A DNA stretch of 64,000 nucleotides. Origin: Tubiluchus corallicola (Eukaryota; Animalia; Priapulida). The notes below the pieces were generated by a model. That model saw only the letters and a program-made list of their open reading frames with translations, had not been told where the DNA came from and made no database searches. Numbering within the stretch: the first letter of the stretch is position 1; each line of letters opens with the position of its first letter. The position numbers and the translations under genes were made by a program. The stretch lies in assembly GCA_030141605.1 (NCBI GenBank), contig JAQGDQ010000650.1, forward strand, positions 55,457 to 119,456, given 5' to 3'. Of this stretch, positions 1-12,277 are shown piece after piece.

Positions 1-596
1 TTGCAAGAACATGTTCGCACAGTGTTGACAATTCCTCTAAACCACGTCTGAGCACATCAGCAGCGGGTACTCCTTTTGTCTGAATACGCATGTTGATTCT
101 AAAAAATAGAAAAATAGCAAACTAAACCACTTTTTAGTCACAGTAATGTCATAAGAAACATCAGTTAAATAAAAACACGTGGCAATTTTTTTCAAAGTTT
201 GTATGTAGATCTATTTTAGACCTTATTCTAGTGTATGAGAAGGAAAAAGAACAAGCTGTATTACGAAGAGTGTCAATGTACTTTTAAATGATCTGTTTTT
301 GCACTTTCAGTGCTACACTTAATATGTTCTTTTTAGGTATAACAGCTAACACAATACACCTTCCATGTGCTTTATAGTTTATATGAAGCTAATCATTATT
401 TTAATCACTACCTGTTTTCTGAAGGGTGCGGTACGCTATACCCACAAAACTCTACATCTGGGTTTTTCATGATCACGTGTCTGAGTGAGTTGCCTAGAGT
501 ATGATCCTCTCCGTTTAAAACGAATGTTCGACAAGTCTCGTCTTGCATGTTTTCAGTTGGCATAACCTCTAGTACCCTTCTCGAATTTTGCTCCAT
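1..596 (-). CDS. POLR1D: DNA-directed RNA polymerases I and III subunit RPAC2 (AC19), 3'-partial; coding exons 596-412 and 98-<1
   Basis: The ORF contains the RPB11/AC19 motif TFVLNGEDHTLGNSLRHVIMKNPDVEFCGYSVPHPSE. Donor AG|gtagt at 411 joins acceptor ttttttag at 99-100 in frame to INMRIQTKGVPAADVLRRGLEELSTLCEHVL, matching the AC19 C-terminal helix. The gene runs off the window start. Confidence 0.93.
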
Positions 597-902
597 GATG
601 GATGCCAGTTAATATAGTTCTGCAGTGATAATAAGAGGTTTAGCTTTTTGGTTTAGAGACTGACTTACTACAAGCACCAGGTTCCTGAGTTTTAATATTA
701 ACAGGAAAATAGACATTTTGTTTGGAGCTCAAAATCTTGGCTGGCATTATTTTCCATTAAAGTCTAGTGATCGTCTAACAAAAATGAGCTTTACGCATCT
801 GTTGTAAGTTAAGCAACAAATCTAGTTATCAACAAATATGCAACTAGTGACTAAGGCTTTAATAAGAGGAGATATGTAGTTATTTATTTCATTCATTTTT
901 AG

Positions 903-3701
903 GGAACTATAGGAATGCACATGATGTTCTCTATAGTATGTACAAGGAATTGCGACTTCATCACATCAAAGTTTCAACAGAAATGAGCACAAACTTGATG
1001 ATCTTACATAGTTACATACTAGTCAGGGTAATTATTCATTGTTATTTGTCTCATTCCCCATCAAGCAGTTTAACCACCCATTATATTGCACTGTAGTAGT
1101 CACAGTATTTCATAACAAACATAATACGATCCAGTTATTAATTTCACGCAATTTGCCTTTTTGGCATGATATTTCATCAGACAATCACATAACAAAAGCT
1201 TTCACTTCAATATTCTGTCATCATATTTATATATATTGTTGATTTCTTCTACATTTTCATAATCAAACTGCAGAATCTGAATTCAGTTTAAAACCACTGG
1301 AAAGTAATAATCACATTCATCCATTCATGACTTATGAATCACGTCTTTCCAATCTGGGAATTACTTTTGCGACAGATAATTTGTATGTAACTGAAATGGT
1401 TGATGGTTGTACTGCACTGTACACTACATGAAGAAAAAAGAATATTTCTAACTAAATTTCTGTTTACATTAGATTCACGTAAAAAGAGGAGATCATCTCA
1501 AGGCTGCACGGCTGCTAATTAGAGTGGCAGATAACATCAGCAAATTTCCTGCACGTAAGATGACATTTGATTTTTAACTTTCGTGTTCGTCAAATTATAA
1601 ACAAAGAGGTGAGATGCAACAACGTAAAGTTTCATGACTCATAGTAACTTCATATTATCTTTATGTTATGTCATTGTATGTCAAACCTTGCAATGTGGTG
1701 TCATTAGTTGTAGCCTCTCCGTACTTACACTTTTGTTGACTGTCACATTTTGCAGACATTGTACCCATATTGACGTCAACAGTTATTGAATGCCAGCGAT
1801 CGGGACTAAAAACTTCAGCTTTCAGTTATGCAACCACGTTAATGCGATCAGAGTATAGACAACAAATAGATCTAAAGTACAAAAAGAAAATAGAAGCCAT
1901 TGTCAGGTAGAGTAAGTAATGCAACTTGAAAAAAAACTTAATTTCTTGTAACTAGACAAATTACTTTAAATTAAATTGTACATGTAAATATGGTAAGGGG
2001 TAATGCTAAGAACTAAAGATGATAAAGGCATAGATGAAAAATGTGTTTCAACTTTTTTTTCAAATTAGCTCGCAATTAACAGTTCTGGCATTCACAGTCA
2101 TAATTCAATTAATGAAAAATGCATTTCAACTGTGCAACAACAGAAAGAGAGATTATAAGTGTTGTTATGTGTACTTGCAAATTGTCTTTCTCTTTTAAAC
2201 AGTGTTCATGTGGATCTTTATGCCAAAATTATTCTCTAGTTAACTACATGGGGCAAATATTGACTTTTTTAGGAAACCAGATAAGACAGAAGAAGAAGAA
2301 CCATTATCTCCGTGTCCATATTGCGGTTTTGAATTGCCAGAGATGGAACTGAGTTGCCCAGAATGTAAAAATACCATTCCATACTGTATCATAACAGTAA
2401 GTAGAAGACTTATAATTTTTGAAAAAGTAAAAAATACTATTGCTACATTTTGTGAAAGCATTAATCAAGAAGTTTGCCATAAAGAAGGTCATTTTACATT
2501 TTTTGCCTTGAAGAGGTAACAAAATAGAATAAGTAAGTGAAGCATATTTATTTTTGTCCCACAGCTAAAGAATAATATACATTTTACAGGGTCAACATGT
2601 GATAACAAGTGACTTTGCTGCTTGTCCACAATGTGATTTTCCAGCTCATTATTCTGAATTCGTCAAGTAAGTTCCAAAAGCTAAAATTAAAAGTACTAAC
2701 TTAATTAAACACCACATTGTCGATGTTTCATTTTCTATGTCTGTTGTTTGAGGAGTTATGATTACCTTAACTGTTAAATCCTTAGTGATACTTTTCTCAA
2801 GATGTTACTCATATATCACAAATGCCGATACACATTTAATTCTTTTTGATAACAGCTTGGCTGAGGAAACAATGCTAATTCTGCTAGTAAAGGCGATAGT
2901 GACACTTTAAATTAGAAAGCAATCCAAAATGTAACCCTATTTCAGATCTGAGTTCTAACATTCTTTGTCCAGTAAAATCTGCATACCTACACTATCTACA
3001 CAAGAGGAAGTAATTAAAACCATATACAGTGAAATTCTTCATGACTGTGGCATACATGAAGTGAAAATTTTTATGAAAAAAAGTCCAACCGAAGAATGGT
3101 AAAAAATGTTGCCCTATTTCAAGTAAGACTTGTGCCTTTTCCCACTCCACATAGCACTCACGCGACACACTAAGCGTCAAGTGTGTAAAAAAGAAATCAG
3201 AAGACTGATACCATTCTTCAGCAAGCTGCAATAGATTTTATCAATGAGTAACAGAGAGTGTATTTAACAAGGTTGGAAAGCAACTAAGGGAGTATTTTTA
3301 GAAAAAGTAATGAGTAATGACTTCTGCTGGAACTATGCAAAAAAAATTATAGGTGTCTTTGATGTTGACATGTGCAGTGATATAACCACTGATGCTGTCA
3401 CACAGTGCGGTCTACTTTCTCTAATGATGCCACTGCTGACACAAAACTGCTGCCGCAAAGAGTATGCAATGCTATATCAGTTAGCACAAAACTGGATGTG
3501 ACAGCCTAATAAATGTTACCATCGGCGATATTTTTTTTGTAAATTCCACTAACAGTAATTAAACCATCTTTACTGGTACATTTTTTCAGGCTATTAGAAA
3601 CAGAGACCGTGTGTACAATGTGCTCAACAAAATTAGCTGCAAGTGATTTACGTAAAACAGAGGAACTGCAGCGATACCTCCACCCTGAAGGAGAAGAGTG
3701 A
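903..3701 (+). CDS. WDR19: WD repeat protein 19 / IFT144, last six coding exons (903-1027, 1473-1554, 1756-1906, 2273-2396, 2590-2666, 3590-3701), 5'-partial
   Basis: Spliced translation [14 protein letters not shown]...[52 protein letters not shown]...[14 protein letters not shown]...PCPYC...[17 protein letters not shown]...CPQCDFPA...[11 protein letters not shown]...* matches the WDR19 C-terminal zinc-ribbon region. All introns are GT-AG and exon phases agree. Confidence 0.95.
3345..3487 (-). ncRNA. candidate structured intronic RNA (H/ACA-snoRNA-like double hairpin or miRNA-like hairpin)
   Basis: The minus strand folds by eye into a long G-U-rich hairpin (3487-3427), an ANANNA element AGAGAA (3422-3417), a second hairpin (3415-3349) and ACA/AUA near the 3' end. 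Length is about 140 nt. No family or target recognised. Confidence 0.3.
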
Positions 3702-4126
3702 ATCAGATAAAGAGCCCTCACTGAATTGCAGGCGTGTGAACCAAATATGTGAAACCAACAGAAAAATTTTTTATTTAAGATTTACACAAGAGTGAAACCG
3801 TTGCACTTAATATTGCATAGTATAAAACATCTAGAAGGAAGCAACTTAGCACCAATTTTAATCTTATCCATATTAAACTATCTGTGCCCATTTCTTCACT
3901 GCACCAAATGTAAAGGACTTAAAATTAGAATCTGATAGGTTGTTATCCTTCTACTGCAAACCACTCAAATAACGGTGAACTTGCATGCCACGAAGATATG
4001 GTTTTTAATGTTAACCAAGGCAGCTTTTGAAGTAATCATGCTACATGAAAGCACATTCAAAACAAAATGAACAACACAATGATTATCTCTCAGATGTTAT
4101 CTGATATCTGAATCTGTTGTAATACC

Positions 4127-5380
4127 AGGCCCAGAAAAAAAAATGTGTTTGTTTCCGGTTGCCGACTGACTATTTTTTACGTACTACTTGATTTATTTTT
4201 TCTTCCATTTATCAAAATAAAATTTTTACTTGCCTTTCGATTGCTGACCAGATTCACGTTTTATACAGGTGCTTCTATTATGCAAACAAAATGACCAGCG
4301 GTCACCCGTGCAACTTGTAACTTGATAACCCAGTAGTTCCCACTTATCAGATACCATAGCAGTTATCAGACATCACTGCAGCCTGCACAGTGTGATTCAT
4401 AATGAAACAATGTGATAGTGATTGTTCACAATAAAGTTGTTTGTAAATATTAATATAGATGTTTGTTGCTATGTGGGCTGTGTCAAAAAAAACTAACCAT
4501 CTTCACTATTGATTAAAATGTAGAAATTCTGAATTTTTGTAAAAGTTAAAGTAAGCCTCTCAAATCATTTAATTTACCGGCGAGTTTGGACGCAGCACAG
4601 TTTTTATTCTAGAACTTTTTAAGTAACCTAATAACTAAAGTCTAATATGAAGAACATCTTGAGATAAGGTACACAAGAAAGTGATTCAGAACTATTGCAA
4701 TGCAAAAATTGTAGATAGTTAGTGCAGCTACATTTACTACAAAAAAACTGTAATAAAAGTAAAAATTAAAAGATGTAAAAAATTAAATAATTAAGCAGTA
4801 AAGTTATATAATATTAAGAAGTTTCTTTTTATTTTATGCAGTAGCTAAGACGCACTAATATTCAGCCATACATTAAACATAAATGATCTGGTGATGAGAA
4901 TAACTTGGACACTAAGTGGTGAAACTGCTTGAGTGTTACCTGTTCTTATGATCACTACCCAGTAGGGGTGAGCATTCTCTACCAGAAAGCGAATTTGAAT
5001 CGAACCGAACTAAAAAAACTCGTTCGAATCTCGCTCGACGTTCGATGCTCACCCCTACTGCCCAGTGGCCAGTGCTGGTGTTTACACTTTCATGTTCATA
5101 TGCTGGTTTATTCATTTTAATTGAAAAAAGAAAGATCAAGCACACAGAAGCATATTTGTCTTTTATTAATTAATTAAAAAAATAATTGCTGTGTTTCTTT
5201 AATAAAAATGACACCTTTAAATAAATGCAAAAAAGTGAAGAACTCTTCAAAGTGAGACTTCATAATCTTGTCAAAAATCAGTTAATTTGCATCAACGTAG
5301 TCACACGACAAAACAAAAAAATAAAATCCCTACCTACCCATAGCATAAAGTGTAGCAACAAATCGGAAACAAACAATTGG
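4127..5380. mobile_element. non-autonomous TIR DNA element (MITE-like, superfamily uncertain) carrying a nested mini-hAT
   Basis: Left end aggcccag-A-run-tgtgtttgtttccgg; right end cggaaacaaacaattggcgc, an inverted match to tgtttgtttccg. Ends approximate. Confidence 0.45.
4963..5057 (+). mobile_element. 95-bp hAT-type MITE (TAGGGGTGAGCAT family)
   Basis: TIR taggggtgagcat / atgctcaccccta; 8-bp TSD ctacccag / ctgcccag (1 mismatch). Confidence 0.75.
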
Positions 5381-6289
5381 CGCAAAGCAGCATAAATATC
5401 TATTTACGAGGAAATACAAAAATATATAAATTTTTAAAAGCGATGCAAGGACAAAATCTTCATAGCATAAAATCATTTTATGTAACTGTATCACTTTAAC
5501 GTTGTAGCCATGATTTCATGGATGACATTCTTATTAGCACTTTTTCTATAGTTATCCATCCACATTGTACATGTACACTGTAGTAATACACATGTAGCAT
5601 TTCTATATTACCATTTGAGTAGATATTAGTCTCTTTATTGAAATCACTTTGGGAATAGTGAGAGTACATTATTTTAAAGTAACAAATTAAAATAAATTTC
5701 AATCTTTTATTCAAATTTTTAATGCCGTTTCCATTTTAGAGTATATGTGATATTGACAATTGTTATATTATATAGTTGAGTGGTTGAAGCTCATAAACAC
5801 TGTTGTCACTTATAACATTTATTTCGTTGTTTCCAGGTTTTGTGCAATCAATAAATGCTCGCATATGCAAGAAGTAAATACGAAGTTGCATCTTTCCTAC
5901 AATAAAAAATAACGAAAGTACCAATGATTTATAATTTTTTTAGTCGGCAATATAGCAATTATTAGCAAACAAATGAACCTTGTAAGCTAAGGCTCATATC
6001 ATCCATTTTGTTCTGACATCAGCACCACAACCTGCCGAAGCTTGTATATAAATAAGTCATTCTAAGAAAAATAATGTGGCCATTATGTGTAACATTCTTC
6101 TAACAAAGTATTTTACAAAGATTAAAGTGTAGGTAATAAAAATTTGAGTTCTCTAGACTGCAGCTGACTGATATCATTATGATATTATATAGTGATATAT
6201 TCTAGACAAAAGGTTTCAGTTCATACAAACATAAAAAAATGGGCCAAACGTGGCTTTTTCAGAAACAAATCCTGCCCGCATGTGCACAC

Positions 6290-6475
6290 CAGCGTTGTAG
6301 TACTCTAGTCTCAGAGTTGGACCCTAGTTGCAATTTGCTTTACACTCGAACTCAATTTGGACTGACTCTGTCACTTACTCGAAACTTGACTTGGACTTGT
6401 AATAAATGACTTGTGACTTGACTCGGACTCTAAACAACGAAGCGCTGACTTGACTAGTGACTGGAACTGCAGGAA
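6290..6475 (+). mobile_element. probable hAT-like element end with subterminal GACTT(G) repeats
   Basis: Starts cagcgttgtagtactc followed by many gacttg/gactcg motifs. The other end was not located. Confidence 0.35.
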
Positions 6476-7243
6476 CGGTAAAACAAACAATAATTACGCA
6501 TGTAATAACTTAGTAGTCAAATTGTTATTACTTGCAAAAGCATTTGAATCCCACGTTTGTTCGTAGTCTATAGCTTTTGCATCTACAATCAGTTAAAAAA
6601 ATTTCCGTGTTATTATTTGAACATACCTTCGATATTGCATAAGAAAAATTCAAAATACATCATGCACAGCTTTTTCAACAGCAGGCTTTTCAAATTGGCT
6701 AATAAAACATTTAGTTCCCTGCTACTAGTATGCCTAATAATTGAGTTTAGTCTTCAAAGAAGTTTGTTAGCAAGAACATACAGGTTTGTCAGATATAAAT
6801 CCCGAATTACTTTGTGTTGCGCAAACAATAGGTGCCATGCCTCTCTTTTTAGTTGTTCACACTTTTCGTGAGCACAGCGATACACGAAATTTGAATTTTA
6901 AGCTTAAAATTTGCTGGATTTTTGTACATCACACTGAATGTTGTATAAGTAGCACTGTACTTCAATTTCCATTTTCGCAAACGGCTGTAACACGCTCGTG
7001 GAAATTTTTTGCTGTTAAAATTCATGTTCAGTTGTGGTGTCATCACTCGCTCGCCTTTTAATAAGTTTTTAACCAGTTATTTAATTATCAGTAATGCTTT
7101 GGCATTATTATAGGTGTAGAAATGTATACTTCTTACCGTACTGATGCTACTCAAGTTGATATTGCATTTCATTTATTTAAATACTATATAAATTAAATAC
7201 TAATGAGCAATTCACAGTGAATCTGGTTATTACAATGCCTCAT

Positions 7244-7274
<31 letters not shown>

Positions 7275-7785
7275 GATAATTTGCGTCACGCTATACAAAT
7301 TCTTCAGTAAGCATTGCAGCTCAGATGTATACACGTATTATGGAAGTAAGGTACACCTTTTGTATATCTTTAATATTATGCAATAATGAACGCTAATCCT
7401 AAAGACTTATAAGATACTTTTGCTTTCAACTCTTTTCTTCATGACTAAACATACATGCTTATCCACTTTTGCTAGCTACAAACGAAAAATTAATTTTTAT
7501 TCATCCTTTGGCGCTAGGTCCTCATAATATTAATTTTAAATACGTAATTAATTAATTAATGAAATGAAATGAGTGAATAAATGAATAAATAAGCAGCTGA
7601 AAATCAAATGACTTGTGATGAAAAAAGAAATAAATAGAAAGAAACAAGGAAGAACAGATAAACGAAAAAACAAATGGATAGACAAACAAACAAACAAATG
7701 CACAAAACGAGTGAATAGGTGAAAATCGACAATTACCATTAATCTCATTTATACGCTTATTAACTCTGACTAATTAATAAGCTAG

Positions 7786-8485
7786 TCTATATATTAATAT
7801 TCTTGGTATACATATATATATATATAAGATTCGAGGCTGCAGCTCGGACGAGGGCACCATTTGCGGCGATCTATACGTCAAACGAAAGGTCTCGATCTAG
7901 TGTCGCGCCATTGATGGTTTATTTTTCGAATCGGGGCCCACCGGGACAAACGGGGGGCAAAAAAACCTCCAAAAATGGCCATTTTTCAGCCATTTTTTTG
8001 CAAAAGTTATACGTTTGAGATCTGAAGAACGGGAACGGGCCTATGGATAGATAGCCCGTTCAACGGTGGGTGTAGTAGGCATATTTAGAATTTGCGAGAG
8101 AGTCATGGCGCCCCGCAACGGACGTTTTCCCGGACCCAACTCGCGATTTTTTCGAAATTTTTGCCAAACAGCCTGCAGAAAAAACTTTCTAGCGACGCCT
8201 GGTGGGACTCTCAGAAGGAGATATATAGCTCTTTAGAACGTCCACCGAGAGGAGTAGCGAGGAGTTAATTACATGTTCTATTTTCGGCAATTTTCGCTTA
8301 GACAACTGCTGACGCAAAGCCATAGTTGTGACGTCAACCATTATACTCTGTCTATAAACTTATAACTTTAATTCAGTAAAAGCTGCTACTGGCTTTGCAT
8401 TATAAATGAGGACTGTGTAGGATGTTCGCGTATTTTTGATGATAAGTGTACTTATACGCAAATTTTTTTGCGGGGCCTTTGCTAG
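7786..8485 (+). mobile_element. non-autonomous Helitron-like element
   Basis: 5' TC followed by a (TA)-rich tract, GC-richer body, 3' hairpin cgcaaa-tttt-tttgcg then CTAG|T at 8482-8486. No TSD. Confidence 0.6.
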
Positions 8486-9059
8486 TAGTTAAATTATTAT
8501 TTAAAGATAGTCATGTGTGTCTCTTCTTCCCATTATTGAACATTATTTTATTACAAACTAACACATTCGTATAATAATTCAATTTTCATTCGTCTTAAAT
8601 GCAAAATCTGATAATTTTTTTTCACCCCGGATATGTGCGAATTAATTATATTAGTAACAATTCTGAGAGGGTGGCTGACCTCAAAATACTAAATTAGGTT
8701 TTTATTCAATTTAGTGAAAAAGTAACAAGGATAAACGTATATACACTTGTTACTATCGCACATCTGTAGTATTTGTACAGCAATATGTTTCTGTTAGCAT
8801 TCCTGCGGTAAATGTGTTCAGAAATCTTAACCACAGATATATACGCAAAAGTAACTGACAAGACAATATAAAACAATAACCACTGAGCTATAAATTGCTG
8901 TTAAAAACCTGAAAGCAGTAAAGCGTCTCAAGCCGTCTTTGTAACAGCCAGCAAAACAAAATAAATTATCTGGGATGCAAACTGTCCTGAGCTCTAATAC
9001 TAAGTCTATATAGTACTTGGTAGTAGAAAAAAATTGCAGGTACATTTTTCTCAGCTTTT

Positions 9060-9370
9060 GTCAATCTATTTCCCGCAAGGGCTAATTAATCAAATGAGAC
9101 AGACACTGAAAAACTGTTGACCCACCAAGATTCAAACCCAGAACCTCCTGTTCACATTACAAGTTCCTCGCAGTTGAGGCTACTGGCACAAATGAATAAA
9201 TAAACACTCCGTTTATAACATTTATAAATGATTCATATAAGCTGAAACGACAAAAATTTAGCCCTAACTTCCTTATGTCATGTTACCAAGTGCACAGCAC
9301 ACGATCGTTATTAATTTCGACGTATAAATAATTGTTGTGTTATACATACATGCAAGAGGCTCTAAAGTCT
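9060..9370 (-). repeat. tRNA-head-containing repeat, copy 1 (diverged direct repeat of 9930-10175)
   Basis: Aligns with 9930-10175. Minus strand reads gccagtagcctcaactg...caggaggttctgggtttgaatc, resembling tRNA A and B boxes. Confidence 0.55.
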
Positions 9371-9495
9371 AAGCAGCATGTCATAATGCCGCTGCTTACT
9401 TGTGCAAAATGTTCGAAGTTGAACGGATTCGTTTAAAGTTATCTGTCTGAGCCAAAGTGTATAAATGATATGAACCAGGTACTTTAGTGACTTAG

Positions 9496-9856
9496 TGGGG
9501 ACGAGCGTTCTCTACCAGAAAGCGAATTCGAGTGGAATCGAATTTGTTACGTCCGAATTCGAACCGAACTTCAGTATTTCGAAATCAAATTGAGAATGAC
9601 AGATTTTCAAACAAGTTTTCGAGCCACCAGTAAAAATTAGTCTTACAAAGATCATGCATATTACTCGATTTTGCTCTGCAGTAAAACCATTAATAATTTG
9701 TTTTAAATTGTGCACAGAAATCTCAGCTAAATTATGCTAATTGCATGATGGTTCAATCATTTTAATGATAAAGAATGCATGTGATTAAAGTGCAGAATTT
9801 TTCGAATCCATAATTTTAGGTTTGAACCGAATTCGAACGTTTGATGCTCACTCCTA
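9496..9856 (+). mobile_element. hAT-type MITE (same family as 4963-5057)
   Basis: Shares ttctctaccagaaagcgaatt and ends gatgctcactccta. Flanks gtgacttag / gtgattag resemble a TSD. Confidence 0.65.
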
Positions 9857-9873
9857 GTGATTAGTGACATTTA

Positions 9874-10226
9874 CTGACCAATAAAGAACATTTCAGATCT
9901 CATCACAAGGAAGAAAGACATCAGTTTTACAACAATTACCCTAAAAGGTAATTAATCAAAGAATGCACTGAAAAACTGTTGACCAACCAAAATTCGAACC
10001 CAGAACCTCCTGTTTAGAAGGACAGTTCTCTCCTAGTTCGAGATTATTGGCTCAAATAAATAAATAAACACTCTGTTTATAACAGTCAAGTTACCAAGTA
10101 CACGGTACACGATAGTTATTAATTTCGACGTACAAATAATTGTTGTGTTATACACACATGTAGCGTGGCTCTAAGCAGACCCACTGAGCATCACTATAAA
10201 GAGATCTGAAATGTTCTTTATGTCAG
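9874..10226. mobile_element. TIR element enclosing tRNA-head repeat copy 2
   Basis: Perfect 21-bp inverted repeat ataaagaacatttcagatctc (9881-9901) / gagatctgaaatgttctttat (10201-10221), extended by ctgac / gtcag. Confidence 0.6.
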
Positions 10227-10632
10227 GTAGCAGAGGATACTACTGAAGATCTTTGTGAATGTAAAGCTGTGTACAACAACAAGTTGGGCCTACCTGCACA
10301 AGATGCTTATGTGCATTAGTGAATAGATAAATTACTATTGACTAAGATGTTTATTTAATGAGCTGTTGAAACGAAAAATACAATAAAAGACGAGTGAACA
10401 CTAAAGACAAGCTGATATAAAAGATATTTGGTGTGATTCGTAAAACAAGCTGGTCATGTTGTTGATCAATAAACAAACACATTTTATTGACATGTGCTTG
10501 CTTGCCACTGGCGGTGAACAAGATCAATCATATCTATGGTATGTAGGGTTGGTGCAAATCATGCTCTGGCTACTATATTCAACAGTTTTTGAATGTTTCT
10601 TGACTTCATTAAATCAATACAAGGCCTTTTAC

Positions 10633-11299
10633 TAGGGGTGAGCATCGCGCACTAGATTAGATTCGATCCTAAAATTATAGATTTGAATAATTCAGCACTT
10701 CAACCGTATATGTTCTTTGTCATTAAAATGTTTGAAATAGCATGCAATTAGTTATAGTGGTTTTACTGCAGAACAAAATCAAGTAATATGCATGATCTTT
10801 GTAAGACCACTTTTTACTACTGGTTTGAAAATCCTTCAAACTCAATTCGAATTCGATATAGTTTCGAAATACTGAATTTGAAAGTCACAAATTCGATTCG
10901 AATTCGCTTTCTGATAGAGAATAGGGGTGCACATCAAATGTTCGAGTTGGAATCGAATTGGAGCGTTCGAACCAAAAACTATTGACCTGAATCATTCAGC
11001 ACTTCAACCACATACGTTCTTTATCATTAAAACATTGGAAACATCATGCAATTTGCATACTTTAGCTGCGATTTCTATGCACAAGTTTTAAACAATTATT
11101 GGTAGTTTTATTACAGAACAAAGTTTTTTAATAAGCATGATCTTTGTAAGATTAATAATTTTCGTTGGTGGTTAGAAAACTTGTTCGAAAATCTTTCAAT
11201 CTCAATTCAAATTGGAAATACTGAAATTCGGTTTGATTCAAATTCGAAAGTCGCAAATTCGGTTCGAATTCGCTTTCTGGGAGAGAATGCTCCTCCCTA
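10633..11299 (-). mobile_element. head-to-tail dimer of the hAT-type MITE family (10633-10921 + 10922-11299), inverted relative to 9496-9856
   Basis: Both units begin taggggtg and contain aattcgctttctg..agagaa. The outer end is tgctcctcccta; outer flanks ccttttac / ttttttac. Confidence 0.65.
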
Positions 11300-11421
11300 T
11301 TTTTTACTTGGTCAATCAGTTTCAAACATACACGGCCTTACACACTATGACTATGAGTCTATGACCAATATTTATACCACGTTGACCATATTTATATATA
11401 GATAGTTTCACCTATAAACGG

Positions 11422-12277
11422 TGTAGGGAGCCGAGTGTACCACTGAGCCAAGTAGACCACTTCCGGTAAAACCGATGCGCTAAAAGTAGTGTCCCTACAT
11501 GGGCAGCCCAAGTAGGACACTAGCCATTTTTGTCGAGAATCGAGAATTATAATGACCATAATAAACCATAAAACGAAAAAGTAACTTTATAATAATGATG
11601 GATGACAATTTACAAAATTAATGTATTTTTTTACACAAGTATCATGAGTATTATTAGCTCCATTAAAATCATCGTAACATTAGACTAAGTATCTAGTGCT
11701 TTTACAAGAGAAACTATGCACACAGTTATTACAGAAATAACTGCAAGTTTAAAAATAAGACAGATGCTGCTAAGCCTTCACAACACGAAAAAGTAATTTT
11801 TAACTTTTTAGGAAAATCAAAGACAATTAGTTTTAATAATATCAACATGTTGGACACTGTTGTATATGGCTCGTGTAGGGCACATAGGCCGCTAGAACGT
11901 TTACTTAGGAGAAAACAATTATTTATACAAGAGGTAGTGTTCTGCCTGTGAAGCGAGGCAAAATAAAATATGATATACCTTAAACAAATGTTGAAATTGC
12001 ATAAAAAGTGGGTTTATTTCACTTCAACAACATTAATATCAAAGCCAAATTTAATATTGTCTGTTCTACCAGCTCAGAATAAAATTCTTTTATTTTCTCA
12101 GATGTATAAAAAATTATTCAACGTGTATTGACGTTTTTAATTATTAATATTACATAAACAAGGACGGTGCCAATACACTTAGCAACTCATTTCGCGACCT
12201 GTCTCTAGTGTCCTACTTGGGCAGCCCAAGTAGACCAATTGGTCTACTTGGCTCAGTGGTCCACTCGGCTCCCTACA
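11422..12277. mobile_element. 856-bp non-autonomous TIR DNA transposon immediately upstream of GCAT
   Basis: 38-bp TIRs tgtagggagccgagtg(t/g)accactgagccaagtagacca with 1 mismatch; perfect 5-bp direct repeat aacgg at 11417-11421 and 12278-12282; subterminal repeats gggcagcccaagtag at both ends. Confidence 0.85.

Noticed and set aside
1321-1399. Possible C/D box snoRNA (ccatt...ctga-aatgg terminal stem)
   Set aside because: No acceptable RUGAUGA box C and no recognisable guide sequence.
7556-7720. Hydrophobic ORFs at 7548-7748 and 39252-39434
   Set aside because: They derive from degenerate AATG/AAAC tetranucleotide repeats.
9968-10050. Functional tRNA gene
   Set aside because: Only the T-arm/B box is recognisable. 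Acceptor and D stems are degenerate and it lies within a repeat.
11413-11418. TATAAA as the pre-insertion GCAT TATA box
   Set aside because: In the reconstructed empty site it lies only about 15 nt from the ATG, too close for a TATA-directed start upstream of the CDS.
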